From contig CANQGE010000001.1 in assembly GCA_947601495.1 (NCBI GenBank), forward strand, positions 31,731 through 95,730: a stretch of 64,000 bases of DNA, read 5' to 3'. This document shows positions 30,098 through 40,175 of this stretch, in pieces. The stretch comes from an uncultured Clostridia bacterium (GTDB taxonomy: Bacteria > Bacillota > Clostridia > TANB77 > CAG-508). The translations under genes were made by a program, and so were the position numbers. The stretch's first letter is position 1, and the number at the start of each line of letters is the position of its first letter. Under the pieces are notes generated by a model that was given only the letters and a program-made list of their open reading frames with translations, was not told where the DNA came from and did no database searches.

Positions 30098-30684
30098 GAA
30101 ATTTTATTAATTATTTCTTCAATTTTCAATCTCAAATCACAATTTTTTGTATTATAAATCACAAAATCTGATTTTTCTATATAAAACTTATCTTCATTTT
30201 GTATATTAAGTCTGCTTTTAGCTGTTTTACTATCAATATTATCTCTTTTGCAAATTCTTTCAATTTTTAAGTTTTCATCTGCAATTAAAGAAATTACAAA
30301 ATCACAATATTTTTGTATTCCAGATTCAAAAAGCAGAGGTGCATCAATTATTACAAATTTAACTTTTGAATCGTTTATATTTTTTATTCTGTTTAATATT
30401 TCATCAACCACAAACTTAAAAGTTAAACTATTTAATTTTTGGCGAGAAGCATCTTCACTATATATTTTATCAGCTAAAGCTTTTCTATTTAAATTGCCAT
30501 CTTTTAGAAAAACTTCTTCACCAAAAGTATTTTTTATTGCTTTTAAATAATCTGTTCCTAAAGTGCTCATTTCTTTAGCGATTTTGTCTGCATCTAAAAC
30601 TACAACATCTTCGCGTTCATTTAAAATTTCACTTAAAGTAGTTTTTCCACTTCCAGAAGTTCCAGTAACTCCAATAATTTTCAA
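30091..30684 (-). CDS. coaE: Dephospho-CoA kinase
   Basis: P-loop IIGVTGTSGSGKTT. 197 aa. Confidence 0.85.
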   Translation of the reverse strand: MKIIGVTGTSGSGKTTLSEILNEREDVVVLDADKIAKEMSTLGTDYLKAIKNTFGEEVFLKDGNLNRKALADKIYSEDASRQKLNSLTFKFVVDEILNRIKNINDSKVKFVIIDAPLLFESGIQKYCDFVISLIADENLKIERICKRDNIDSKTAKSRLNIQNEDKFYIEKSDFVIYNTKNCDLRLKIEEIINKISN

Positions 30685-30699
30685 AATTTTTCCCTCACT

Positions 30700-31134
30700 T
30701 TATAAAGTTTTTATTGCACTTGTTGCTAAAAAATCACATCTATTATTAAATTCATTATCACTATGACCTTTTACCTTTATGAATTCTACTTCATGCTTTT
30801 TTACTAAACTATAAAGTTCTTCCCAAAGTTCTTTATTTTTTACTAAACTTTTTCCAGATGTTTTCCAATTATTTTTTTCCCAGTTTTCAAGCCACTTTTG
30901 ATTAAAAGCATTAACAACATAAGCACTGTCACTATAAACTTTAACTATGCATTTCTCTTTTAATAATTTTAAAGCTTCTAAAACTGCTGTGATTTCCATT
31001 ATGTTATTAGTTGTTTCTTTGCTTGCTCCAGAAATTTCTTTTTTTACATCATTATATATTAAGATGGCTCCCCATCCTCCAGGGCCTGGGTTTCCAGAGC
31101 ATGCACCATCTGTGTAAATTGTAACTTCTTTCAT
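30700..31134 (-). CDS. rnhA: Ribonuclease HI
   Basis: [22 protein letters not shown], the catalytic DEDD residues and 144 aa. Confidence 0.85.
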   Translation of the reverse strand: MKEVTIYTDGACSGNPGPGGWGAILIYNDVKKEISGASKETTNNIMEITAVLEALKLLKEKCIVKVYSDSAYVVNAFNQKWLENWEKNNWKTSGKSLVKNKELWEELYSLVKKHEVEFIKVKGHSDNEFNNRCDFLATSAIKTL

Positions 31135-31251
31135 AAAAATAACCCTTTTATTTTATAATAAATAATATTTATATAATTATTTGTAATTTAAACAAATATG
31201 TGATATTATACCAGTAAATTTAAAATATTACAATATAGGTGGTGATATATT

Positions 31252-32484
31252 TTGGATGGAATTTTAGGAATAGTATCTGAATATAATCCTTTCCATAATG
31301 GACATCTACATCATTTAGAACTTTCTAAAAAAATAACTAAAGCAGCTTTTACTGTTGTTGTTATGAGTGGAAATTTTGTTCAACGTGGCGATACCTCACT
31401 TATAAACAAATGGGTAAAAACAGAAATGGCATTAAAAGCTGGTGTTGACTTAGTAATTGAACTTCCTACAATTTACTCAATTTCTAGTGCTGAAAATTTT
31501 GCTGATGGCGCAGTAAAAATTTTAAATAGTTTGGGAGTTGTAGATTATATTTCTTTTGGAAGTGAAATTGGTGAAATAAGTCCTTTAAATGATGTTGCAA
31601 ATATTTTATATAGAGAGCCTAAAGAATTTTCTTCTTTAATTACTGCTCAATTAAAATCAGGTCTATCTTATCCTAAAGCAAGAGAAATTGCCCTTTCGCA
31701 ATTTTTTGGAAGTTCAAAAATATATTCAGAAATTCTAAACAATCCAAATAATATCTTAGGTGTTGAATATTTAAAATCTTTAAAAAAACACAGAAGTCAC
31801 ATAAGACCACTTACAATAAAAAGAGATTATAATGACTATAATGATAAAACAGAAAAAAGCGGAATCGCAAGTGCTACAGCTATTAGAACAATGATTCAAG
31901 CAGGTAAAAATGTGCATTATGTTGTACCTTATGAAACATACGAACTTTTGGATCAAGAAATAGAAAACGGTAGAATTATTAAAGATTTATCTGTTTTCGA
32001 AAAAGAAATAATTTATACATTAAGAAAAATGACTTTATCTGAAATAGCAAATTTACCAGATGTTTCTGAGGGATTAGAAAATAAAATAAAATTAGCAGCA
32101 AACACATGTAATAACCTTGAAGATTTAATCAAAAAAATAAAATCTAAACGATATACTCAAAGTAGAATTCAACGTATTTTATTATATGCTCTTCTTGAAA
32201 TTTCTCAAAAAGATATGAATTCTTCTAAAAAAGTAAATCCATATATTAGAGTTTTGGGATTTAATAAACATGGAAAAAGAATTATTTCTGCAATAGCAGA
32301 AGCAAATCCAAAACTAAACATTATAGTATCTGTAAAGAAATTTATGGAAAATTCAAATGACAATTCTTTAAGAAATATGATTTCAAAAGATATATTAGCT
32401 ACAAATATTTATACTTTAGGTTACAAAGCAGACCCTATTGCAAACTTAGATTATACTCATAAAGTAATAGAATATAATGAATAG
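31252..32484 (+). CDS. tmcAL: tRNA(Met) cytidine acetate ligase (UPF0348/YlbM family nucleotidyltransferase)
   Basis: N-terminus GIVSEYNPFHNGHLHH matches the TmcAL HxGH nucleotidyltransferase signature. 410 aa. Confidence 0.8.
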   Translation: MDGILGIVSEYNPFHNGHLHHLELSKKITKAAFTVVVMSGNFVQRGDTSLINKWVKTEMALKAGVDLVIELPTIYSISSAENFADGAVKILNSLGVVDYISFGSEIGEISPLNDVANILYREPKEFSSLITAQLKSGLSYPKAREIALSQFFGSSKIYSEILNNPNNILGVEYLKSLKKHRSHIRPLTIKRDYNDYNDKTEKSGIASATAIRTMIQAGKNVHYVVPYETYELLDQEIENGRIIKDLSVFEKEIIYTLRKMTLSEIANLPDVSEGLENKIKLAANTCNNLEDLIKKIKSKRYTQSRIQRILLYALLEISQKDMNSSKKVNPYIRVLGFNKHGKRIISAIAEANPKLNIIVSVKKFMENSNDNSLRNMISKDILATNIYTLGYKADPIANLDYTHKVIEYNE

Positions 32485-32495
32485 AAGAAGTAATG

Positions 32496-33662
32496 TTATT
32501 TCATTACTTCTTTTATTACATTTGCTAAATATTTCATACTGCTATTGCACTGTTCTAAAGTATTTCCTGTTGCTCCAACTTCTATTATGCATGCTCCATT
32601 TGCCACATGCTGATTGTATCTTGAATCTCTTAGTATTATTGGTTTAAAAAAACCCGGATACATTTCATTTGCTTTTTCCTGAATTTTTACTGCCAATTTT
32701 AAATTATTTATCCAGTTTGGATGCTCTAATCCTCCTCCATCACTTCCCATAACAAACATAACTTGAGCTACAACATCATCTCCTATTTGTACACAAGGTG
32801 CATAAGAACTATTATTTCCTAACGCATCTCTATGTAAATCTATTACAAATTCAGTATCATTGTTATTTGCAAGCATACTTTGAATTGTAGATAGTCCTCT
32901 AGTATATGAACCTGTGTATGCTGGATAATCGTGATATGTTGTATTATGAGTTACATTAAATCCAAATTCTGTAAGATAATTTGTAAGTTCAGTTCCAACT
33001 CTTGCCACACTTTTTTCTAAATCTATTGTTCTAAAATTTCCACTAGCGACATAATTGTTTTCTACTGTAGGAGTGTAACTTTCACAAGTATGTGTATGAT
33101 AAATTATAATGTTCTTTTTATTTGAAAAATCTATATTTGGATTTAGCATTTCTTGTGTAAGTGGATATTTAGATTCATTCTTTATTTTCACACTATTATA
33201 TGTATCTGTAAACTTATCAATTTTGTTATTGTCATCTATAACTTTTGTTGGGAGTAAGACATTTTCTAAATCATTTAAACTACTATTGTTTAAATTACTA
33301 TCACCATTTGTTTTGCCTAAATTAACATTATTCTCTTGGATTTCTGAATCCACTTGCTTTTCTTCTGAATTCAAAATTTTAATTTCTGACATTAACAATT
33401 TTTTAAATACACTTACATTTTCATTTTTAGTTTGTTCGTTTGAAAAAGATTTAGAAATTATAAGTGTATTATCTAATATTTTTTCTACGCCAAAATTAGA
33501 AAAATATTTTTCTTTAACAGCTGAAATATTTTTTGTAGTTTTAACTGCTCCTATAACTTTCCATAACACAAATAAAATAATTAAAAGTACTATACATTTT
33601 TTTATGAACTTAATTATATCTTTTAGGTTTATAACAGCTAAATTAATCATATTTTTCCTCAC
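32496..33662 (-). CDS. spoIIP: Stage II sporulation protein P
   Basis: N-terminal TM and the hallmark IIYHTHTCESYTP motif. The C-terminal amidase-like domain has DLHRDA. Confidence 0.85.
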   Translation of the reverse strand: MRKNMINLAVINLKDIIKFIKKCIVLLIILFVLWKVIGAVKTTKNISAVKEKYFSNFGVEKILDNTLIISKSFSNEQTKNENVSVFKKLLMSEIKILNSEEKQVDSEIQENNVNLGKTNGDSNLNNSSLNDLENVLLPTKVIDDNNKIDKFTDTYNSVKIKNESKYPLTQEMLNPNIDFSNKKNIIIYHTHTCESYTPTVENNYVASGNFRTIDLEKSVARVGTELTNYLTEFGFNVTHNTTYHDYPAYTGSYTRGLSTIQSMLANNNDTEFVIDLHRDALGNNSSYAPCVQIGDDVVAQVMFVMGSDGGGLEHPNWINNLKLAVKIQEKANEMYPGFFKPIILRDSRYNQHVANGACIIEVGATGNTLEQCNSSMKYLANVIKEVMK

Positions 33663-33828
33663 TTACAAACAAGTATATTAATTTGAAATACAAATTATTA
33701 CTTAATTTAAATTAAAAATGAACTTAAAATATTTCTAATATTCTAAGTTCATCTTCTATTTTAATTGTATTTTACTTTTCTATTAATATAATTAATTTAG
33801 CTGTTGTTTAATCTTTATTTTAAGAAGT

Positions 33829-35067
33829 TTATTTTTCTATAGCTTTAATAATTTCTTCAAGATTTAAGCTTATTTCGCTTTCTACACCAGTTTTCATTTC
33901 CTTAATTTTTGCTTTTCCTGATTGTAGTTCATTTTCACCTATAACTAAAAGATATCTTGCATTTATTTTATTTGAATATTTCATTTGTGAGCCAAAGCTT
34001 CTTTCACAAATATCTTTTTCAATTATATATCCTTTGCTTCTTAATTCTTGAGATAACTCTAAAGCTTTTTGATTTTCATTTTGTCCTGCTGACAAAATAT
34101 ATAAATCTGGCTTTTTATCTTCTTCTTCATTTTTATACATTTCCATAAGTCTTTCAACTCCAAGTGCAAATCCTATTGCTGAAGTTTTAGGACCACCAAG
34201 TTCTTGAACTAACTCATCATATCTTCCACCACCTAAAACAGTAAGAGATGTGGTTTCATCTATAAATTCAAAAACAGTTTTTGTGTAGTAATCTAGTCCT
34301 CTAACAATACTACTATTTATTTCATAATCTAATTTTAAATTTTTAAGAGTTTCTTGAACATTTTCAAAATGTTCTTTACATTCTTCACACAAATAATCTA
34401 TCATTTTAGGAGCATTTATGTTTAGTTCTTTACACTTTCTTTCTTTGCAATCTAAAATTCTCATTGGATTTTTTTCAAATCTGCTTTTACAAGTATCACA
34501 ATATTGTTCTAAATTTTTTCCTATAAATTCTTTTAGAACTTTTTGATATTCTTGTCTACATTTTGGGCATCCTATACTATTTAATGTTAGTTTTATATTT
34601 GGTATGTTTAGCTTTTTAAATATTTCATTTGCCATTAAAATTATTTCTACATCTGCTAAATAACTACTGCTACCTATTATTTCTGCACCAATTTGATGAA
34701 ATTCTCTTAGTCTTCCTTTTTGTACATTTTCATATCTATACATAGCCATATTGTACCAAAGTTTTGTTGGACTTGGCATGCTTCCCATTCCATTTTCCAA
34801 ATAAGCTCTAATAACTCCTGCAGTACCTTCTGGTCTTAATGTTATACTTCTACCACCTTTATCTTCAAAAGTGTACATTTCTTTTTGAACAACATCTGTT
34901 GTTTCTCCAACACTTCTTTGAAACAATTCTGTATGTTCAAAAACTGGAACTCTTATTTCTTTAAAATTATAGCTGTCAAATATTTTTTTCAATTTATTTT
35001 CTACTTCTTGCCATTTAAAAGATTCTTCTGGCAATAAGTCTTTAGTTCCCTTTGGTTTTTGTATCAT
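33829..35067 (-). CDS. hisS: Histidyl-tRNA synthetase (class II)
   Basis: GTKDLLPEES N-terminus, motif 2 (FHQIGAEIIG) and motif 3 (GGGRYDELV). 412 aa. Confidence 0.93.
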   Translation of the reverse strand: MIQKPKGTKDLLPEESFKWQEVENKLKKIFDSYNFKEIRVPVFEHTELFQRSVGETTDVVQKEMYTFEDKGGRSITLRPEGTAGVIRAYLENGMGSMPSPTKLWYNMAMYRYENVQKGRLREFHQIGAEIIGSSSYLADVEIILMANEIFKKLNIPNIKLTLNSIGCPKCRQEYQKVLKEFIGKNLEQYCDTCKSRFEKNPMRILDCKERKCKELNINAPKMIDYLCEECKEHFENVQETLKNLKLDYEINSSIVRGLDYYTKTVFEFIDETTSLTVLGGGRYDELVQELGGPKTSAIGFALGVERLMEMYKNEEEDKKPDLYILSAGQNENQKALELSQELRSKGYIIEKDICERSFGSQMKYSNKINARYLLVIGENELQSGKAKIKEMKTGVESEISLNLEEIIKAIEK

Positions 35068-35138
35068 TTCTTTCTCCCATCATTATAAATTTTTTATTGT
35101 TTAATTTTATGTTATTCATTATATAGTCTTTTAAATTT

Positions 35139-35789
35139 CTAAAAATCTTTTGGTTTTAATTCTAAATATATGTTTCTTTCATCTTGTATCATTGTAATTT
35201 TACCATGTCCTGGATATACAATTGTTTCATCTGGAAGTGGCATTAATTTATTAGTTATTGAATCTATAATTTCTGCAAAACTTCCAGTTGGAAGGTCTGT
35301 TCTTCCCCATGTTCCAGAAAATAATGTATCTCCTGTAAAAACAAGTCCTTGTTTTTCAGAATATAAACTTAGTCCTCCTTTTGTGTGTCCTGGTGTTGCT
35401 ATAACTTTGAATTCTATGTTTCCTACATGAATTAAATCTTCATCATCAACACGAGAATCTGCCTCTAATTCAGGCTTTTCCATTCCTATGTAACTTGCTA
35501 AATTTATACTATCATCAAATAATCCTTCACTATCTTCTCTACTAACAAGAACTTTTCCACCTTTTAATCTTTTAAGTTCTTGAGCTCCACCTATATGGTC
35601 TGCATGGCAGTGAGTTAAAAATATATATTTTAAATTAGCTTGCAATACATCTAAAGTTTCTGCTATTTTTTCTGGTTCTCCTCCTGGGTCTACAACCATT
35701 GCTTCTTTTGTTTCTTCATCACAAACAATATAGCAATTTGTAAGTATATCTTTTTGTTTTGTTTGTACATGTAATCTTTTTAATAACAT
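35139..35789 (-). CDS. MBL-fold metallo-hydrolase
   Basis: HxHxDH motif (THCHADHIGG). 216 aa. It sits in the position occupied by dtd or an MBL hydrolase between relA and hisS in Firmicutes. Confidence 0.75.
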   Translation of the reverse strand: MLLKRLHVQTKQKDILTNCYIVCDEETKEAMVVDPGGEPEKIAETLDVLQANLKYIFLTHCHADHIGGAQELKRLKGGKVLVSREDSEGLFDDSINLASYIGMEKPELEADSRVDDEDLIHVGNIEFKVIATPGHTKGGLSLYSEKQGLVFTGDTLFSGTWGRTDLPTGSFAEIIDSITNKLMPLPDETIVYPGHGKITMIQDERNIYLELKPKDF

Positions 35790-35800
35790 TTGTATTCTCC

Positions 35801-37999
35801 TTATCCTCTTTTTCTATTAACTTCATAAACGTTTTCAATATTTTTAAATGCAACTAATAGTTTGTTTAAGTTGTCTATATTTTCAACCTCAAGAGAAACA
35901 TTAATAATAGCAATGTTTTCTTTTGTAGTTCTCGTATTAACTCCCATAAGTTTTACTTTATAATTTTCAATTTGCTTTATAATATCTCTTAATAATCCAC
36001 TTCTATCTGTTGCTAAAATTTCTATTTCAACTTTGTAAATTCCATTTACATCATCAAACCAATATACATCTATCATTCTGTCTTCTTCATTAAATAAGTC
36101 TTTTACATTAGGGCAATCTGTACGATGAACTGAAACTCCTCTACCTTTTGTAATATATCCTATTATATCGTCTCCTGGCAAAGGGTTACAGCATTTTGAA
36201 AGTTTTACTAAGCAGTTATCTATTCCTTTTACAACAACACCTGTTTTTGAAGGTCTACTAACAAATGTTTTTGTTTTAGATAGCTCTTCTATTTTTTGCT
36301 CAAAATCTTCATCTTCGTGCTCTTTTCTATATTCATCAAGAAGTCTTGCCATAAGTTTATTTACAGAGATTCCACCAAAACCAATGCTAGCATATAAATC
36401 ATCTACTGTTTGGAATTTGTATCTTTCTAATACCAAATTAATCCATTCTGGCTTTACTAAATCAGAATATTTTATTCCTATTTTCTTAACTTCTTTATCA
36501 ACAATGTCTTTTCCTCTTTCAATGTTTTCAGCTCTTTGAGCTTTTTTAAACCATTGATTAATTCTTGTTTTAGCAGAAGAACTTTTTACAAATTTTATCC
36601 AGTCTCTACTTGGTCCTTTAGATTGCTCTGAAGTAATTATTTCTACTATATCTCCATTTCTAAGAGGAGTTATAATAGGCATCATTTTACTATTTATTTT
36701 GCAACCTACCATTTTATGTCCTATTTGTTCATGTATGCTGTATGCAAAATCTATTGGAGTAGCTCCTTTTGGTAAAACTTTAATCATTCCTTTTGGTGTA
36801 AAAATATATACTTCATCTTCAAACAACTCTGTTTTTAATGTGTTTAAAAATTCATCTGGATTTTCAGTATTTTTCTGCCACTCTAAAGTTTCACGAAGCC
36901 AAGCTAATTTATCATCTGTAACAACTACAGATTCTTTAGTTCCTTTATTGCTTGCTTCTTTATAAGCCCAGTGAGCCGCTATACCAAACTCTGCTGTTCT
37001 ATGCATGTCCCAAGTACGTATTTGAACTTCAAATGGAGTTCCTTTTGGTCCTAAAAGAGTTGTATGTATAGATTGATACATATTTTTCTTAGGAACAGCA
37101 ATATAATCTTTAAACCTTCCTGGCATAGGTGTATACATTTCATGCACAATTCCAAGCACAGCATAACAATCTTTTACAGTATCTACTAGTATTCTTAAAG
37201 CAAATAAATCATAAATTTGATCTAGTGTTTTATTATCTCTTTTCATTTTTCTATAAATACTATATAAGTGTTTTGCTCTACCTGTTACATCTGCTTTAAT
37301 TCCTTGATTTTTGATTTCTTCTTTTAAATCTGACTGTATTTTTTCTAGGAATTTTAGTCTTTCTTCTCTTTTTTTATCTAGTCCATTAACAATTTCATGA
37401 TACTCATCTGGATGTAAATATTTAAAACTTAAATCTTCTAATTCCCATTTTAAAGAATAAATACCTAGTCTATTTGCAAGAGGTGCATATAAATCTTGTG
37501 TTTCTTGTGCATTTGCAATTTGTCTGTCTCTAGGCAAATATTTTAAAGTTCTCATATTGTGAAGTCTATCTGCTAGTTTTATTAATATAACTCGTATATC
37601 TTTTCCCATTGCAAGAAACATTTTTCTATAATTTTCAACTTGCTCTTCTTCTCTAGTTGTATATCTTAAAGTTCCAAGTTTTGTAACACCTGAAACCATT
37701 TCAGAAATAGTTTCTCCAAATTCATTTTTTAAATCTTCTTGAGTTATACCAGTATCTTCTACAACATCATGTAAAAGAGCAGCACATAAAGTTTCATCAT
37801 CTAATTCTAGAGTAGATAATATGTATGCAACATTTAAAGGGTGAATCATATATGGTTCACCAGACCTTCTAAGTTGTTCCCCATGATTTTTCTTAGCAAA
37901 TTCATAAGCTCTTCTTATAAGATCTTCATTTACATTTGCATAATTTTCTTTTTGTTTTTCAATTATATCATCTATTGTTATTTGCTTAGTTTCAGACAT
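35801..37999 (-). CDS. relA: Bifunctional (p)ppGpp synthetase/hydrolase RelA/SpoT
   Basis: HD hydrolase domain (HDVVEDT), synthetase domain (RAKHLYSIYRKM; DLFALRILV), and TGS and ACT domains. 732 aa. Confidence 0.93.
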   Translation of the reverse strand: MSETKQITIDDIIEKQKENYANVNEDLIRRAYEFAKKNHGEQLRRSGEPYMIHPLNVAYILSTLELDDETLCAALLHDVVEDTGITQEDLKNEFGETISEMVSGVTKLGTLRYTTREEEQVENYRKMFLAMGKDIRVILIKLADRLHNMRTLKYLPRDRQIANAQETQDLYAPLANRLGIYSLKWELEDLSFKYLHPDEYHEIVNGLDKKREERLKFLEKIQSDLKEEIKNQGIKADVTGRAKHLYSIYRKMKRDNKTLDQIYDLFALRILVDTVKDCYAVLGIVHEMYTPMPGRFKDYIAVPKKNMYQSIHTTLLGPKGTPFEVQIRTWDMHRTAEFGIAAHWAYKEASNKGTKESVVVTDDKLAWLRETLEWQKNTENPDEFLNTLKTELFEDEVYIFTPKGMIKVLPKGATPIDFAYSIHEQIGHKMVGCKINSKMMPIITPLRNGDIVEIITSEQSKGPSRDWIKFVKSSSAKTRINQWFKKAQRAENIERGKDIVDKEVKKIGIKYSDLVKPEWINLVLERYKFQTVDDLYASIGFGGISVNKLMARLLDEYRKEHEDEDFEQKIEELSKTKTFVSRPSKTGVVVKGIDNCLVKLSKCCNPLPGDDIIGYITKGRGVSVHRTDCPNVKDLFNEEDRMIDVYWFDDVNGIYKVEIEILATDRSGLLRDIIKQIENYKVKLMGVNTRTTKENIAIINVSLEVENIDNLNKLLVAFKNIENVYEVNRKRG

Positions 38000-38017
38000 T
38001 TTAAATCCCCTTTTAGT

Positions 38018-39706
38018 CTAATATGATTTTCTCATATCTTTCATATTTATTTGCACATTTTTAATTCCATTAAAGGTATTTGTCTCTAGTACCCCAATTA
38101 TATCTACTTTATCACCAATTAAATATTCTTCCGAATATTTGCCCATATTAAATCCTATTGCATTAATAATTGTATTATTATCTTTTAGTGTTAGTTTTAG
38201 ATGTTTTCCTTCTGATAATGCTCTAATTGAATCTATTTTCAAATTTTTATAAATAAAAATAGGTGTTTTATTTGATTCTCCAAAAGGTTCAAGTAATTTT
38301 AAACTTTCTATATTTTCTAAAGAAATATCTTTTAAATTAATTTCTTTATCTATTTTTATAACTGGCATTATTTCAGCTATTTCTGCTTCTTCGGCAATCT
38401 TTTCAAATTTAGCTTTGAAATTTTCAAATTGACTCTTTTTTAAACTTAAGCCAACTGCCATTTCGTGTCCACCATATTTTTCTAAGTAGTCACTTGATTT
38501 GCAAAGTGCATCATGTAGGTCAAAACCTGGAATACTTCTTCCTGAGCCTTTACCATTTTCTCCTTCAAAACATATTAATATACTTGGTTTGAAATATAGC
38601 TCAGTTATTTTAGAAGCTACTATTCCTATAACTCCGTGGTGCCAATTTTCTGAGCCAAGTACAATTGTTTTTTTCTCATCAATTTTATCTTTTTCAATTT
38701 TAGAAATTGCTTCTTCAAAAATTTTTTTCTCTATTGTTTGTCTTTGCTTATTATATGAATCTAATTTTTCTGTTATTTTATTTGCTTCTACTATATTTTC
38801 TGTTAAAAATAAATTTAATGCATCTCTTTCATGTCCCATTCTTCCACAAGCATTAATTCTAGGAGCTATTCCAAATGAAACTGTATTTGAATTTATTTCA
38901 CTATATCCTGCTACTTTTAATAAAGCTTTTACAGCGGGGGAATTAGTTTGCTTAACTAGTTTTAGTCCAAGTTTTGCTATAACTCTATTTTCATCAATTA
39001 AAGGAACTATATCTGATATTGTTCCAATGCAAACAATATCTAAATATTTTAAGTATTCTTTTTCATCTAATTTTAATTTCATTCCTATAGCTTGTATTAA
39101 TTTAAAAGCTACTCCAACACCTGCTAAGCTGTTAAAAGGATATTTATTATCTTTTCTTTTACAATCTATTACAGCTAAGGCTTTAGGAAGTTCATCTAGT
39201 GGTTCGTGGTGGTCTGTGATAATAACTTCCATCCCCAAACTATATGCATAGTTTACTTCTTCTGTTCCGGAAATTCCACAATCAACAGTTATAATTAATT
39301 TATATCCTTCATCTGCAATTTGTTTTATTGCTTCTTGATTTAGTCCATATCCTTCATCTAGACGATTTGGTATATATGTTCCAACATTTAATCCTAATTC
39401 TTTTAGAAATTTTGATAAAACAGTTATACTTGTAATTCCATCAACATCATAATCACCATATATCATAATTTTTTCTTGTTTTTTTATGCCTTCTATAATT
39501 CTATCAACAGCTATTTTCATATCTGGCATTAAATATGGGTCATGAAAGTCATTTCTTGTAGGATTTAAAAAAACTTTTATGTCTTCATCGTCTGTTATAT
39601 CTCTATTTACTAAAACTGTTGCTAATAATTCTGATATTTCAAATTTTTCAGAAATTTCTTTAATTTTCTTCTCATCAGAATTATAATATTCCCACTTTTT
39701 GTTCAT
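38018..39706 (-). CDS. recJ: Single-stranded-DNA-specific exonuclease RecJ
   Basis: DHH motifs (IYGDYDVDGITS; ITDHHEP), a DHHA1 domain (GGHEMAVG) and a C-terminal OB region. Confidence 0.9.
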   Translation of the reverse strand: MNKKWEYYNSDEKKIKEISEKFEISELLATVLVNRDITDDEDIKVFLNPTRNDFHDPYLMPDMKIAVDRIIEGIKKQEKIMIYGDYDVDGITSITVLSKFLKELGLNVGTYIPNRLDEGYGLNQEAIKQIADEGYKLIITVDCGISGTEEVNYAYSLGMEVIITDHHEPLDELPKALAVIDCKRKDNKYPFNSLAGVGVAFKLIQAIGMKLKLDEKEYLKYLDIVCIGTISDIVPLIDENRVIAKLGLKLVKQTNSPAVKALLKVAGYSEINSNTVSFGIAPRINACGRMGHERDALNLFLTENIVEANKITEKLDSYNKQRQTIEKKIFEEAISKIEKDKIDEKKTIVLGSENWHHGVIGIVASKITELYFKPSILICFEGENGKGSGRSIPGFDLHDALCKSSDYLEKYGGHEMAVGLSLKKSQFENFKAKFEKIAEEAEIAEIMPVIKIDKEINLKDISLENIESLKLLEPFGESNKTPIFIYKNLKIDSIRALSEGKHLKLTLKDNNTIINAIGFNMGKYSEEYLIGDKVDIIGVLETNTFNGIKNVQINMKDMRKSY

Positions 39707-39787
39707 TCCTTTCCTCCTAAAATAAATTTTTCCTTAGTATTATATAACAAAATGTAAATAAAAGATAGTTTTTAAATAAAAAAAATA

Positions 39788-39812
39788 GAAACTGGACAAA
39801 AAATATCCAGTT
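39788..39812 (-). terminator. Bidirectional terminator downstream of the ylbF-like gene
   Basis: aaactggacaaaaaatatccagttt hairpin, flanked by A- and T-runs. Confidence 0.5.
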
Positions 39813-39819
39813 TCTTTTT

Positions 39820-40152
39820 TTATAATACATCTTTAATAGATTCTCCAATAATTTTATTGACATCAGCAATTAAAACATTAAATCTAACTTCTTTGTCAAA
39901 GTAATCTTTAACTTGAGCATTTTGAACTAATATTTGATAAAGTTCTTGTAATTTTTTCATTTTTTCATCACTTTGCTTTTCGCCTTGCATAGCAAGAAGT
40001 TGCTCTTCATAACGAATTTTTTCAAATTCATCAACCTGTTTTTTTAATTCAGGCATAGCAAGCAATTCTGTTTTTACTTTTTTATACTCATTATATTCTC
40101 TTGATTCTTTAAGAGCTCTCGCTAAATTATTTACTTCATCATAAACATTCAT
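39820..40152 (-). CDS. YlbF/YmcA-family regulatory protein (RicF/RicA-like, UPF0342)
   Basis: 110-aa helical protein. N-terminal VNNLARALKESREYNEYKKVKTEL is typical of YlbF/YmcA. Confidence 0.6.
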   Translation of the reverse strand: MNVYDEVNNLARALKESREYNEYKKVKTELLAMPELKKQVDEFEKIRYEEQLLAMQGEKQSDEKMKKLQELYQILVQNAQVKDYFDKEVRFNVLIADVNKIIGESIKDVL

Positions 40153-40175
40153 TAAAATTTTCTCCTTTTACATCC

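Noticed and set aside
33663-35138. T-box riboswitch leaders upstream of hisS, argS or metG
   Set aside because: The upstream intergenic gaps are only 14-71 bp (hisS follows the MBL gene by 71 bp, argS follows the VanZ-like gene by 14 bp, metG follows the hypothetical protein by 31 bp). That is far too short for a T-box, so these genes are probably co-transcribed with upstream genes.
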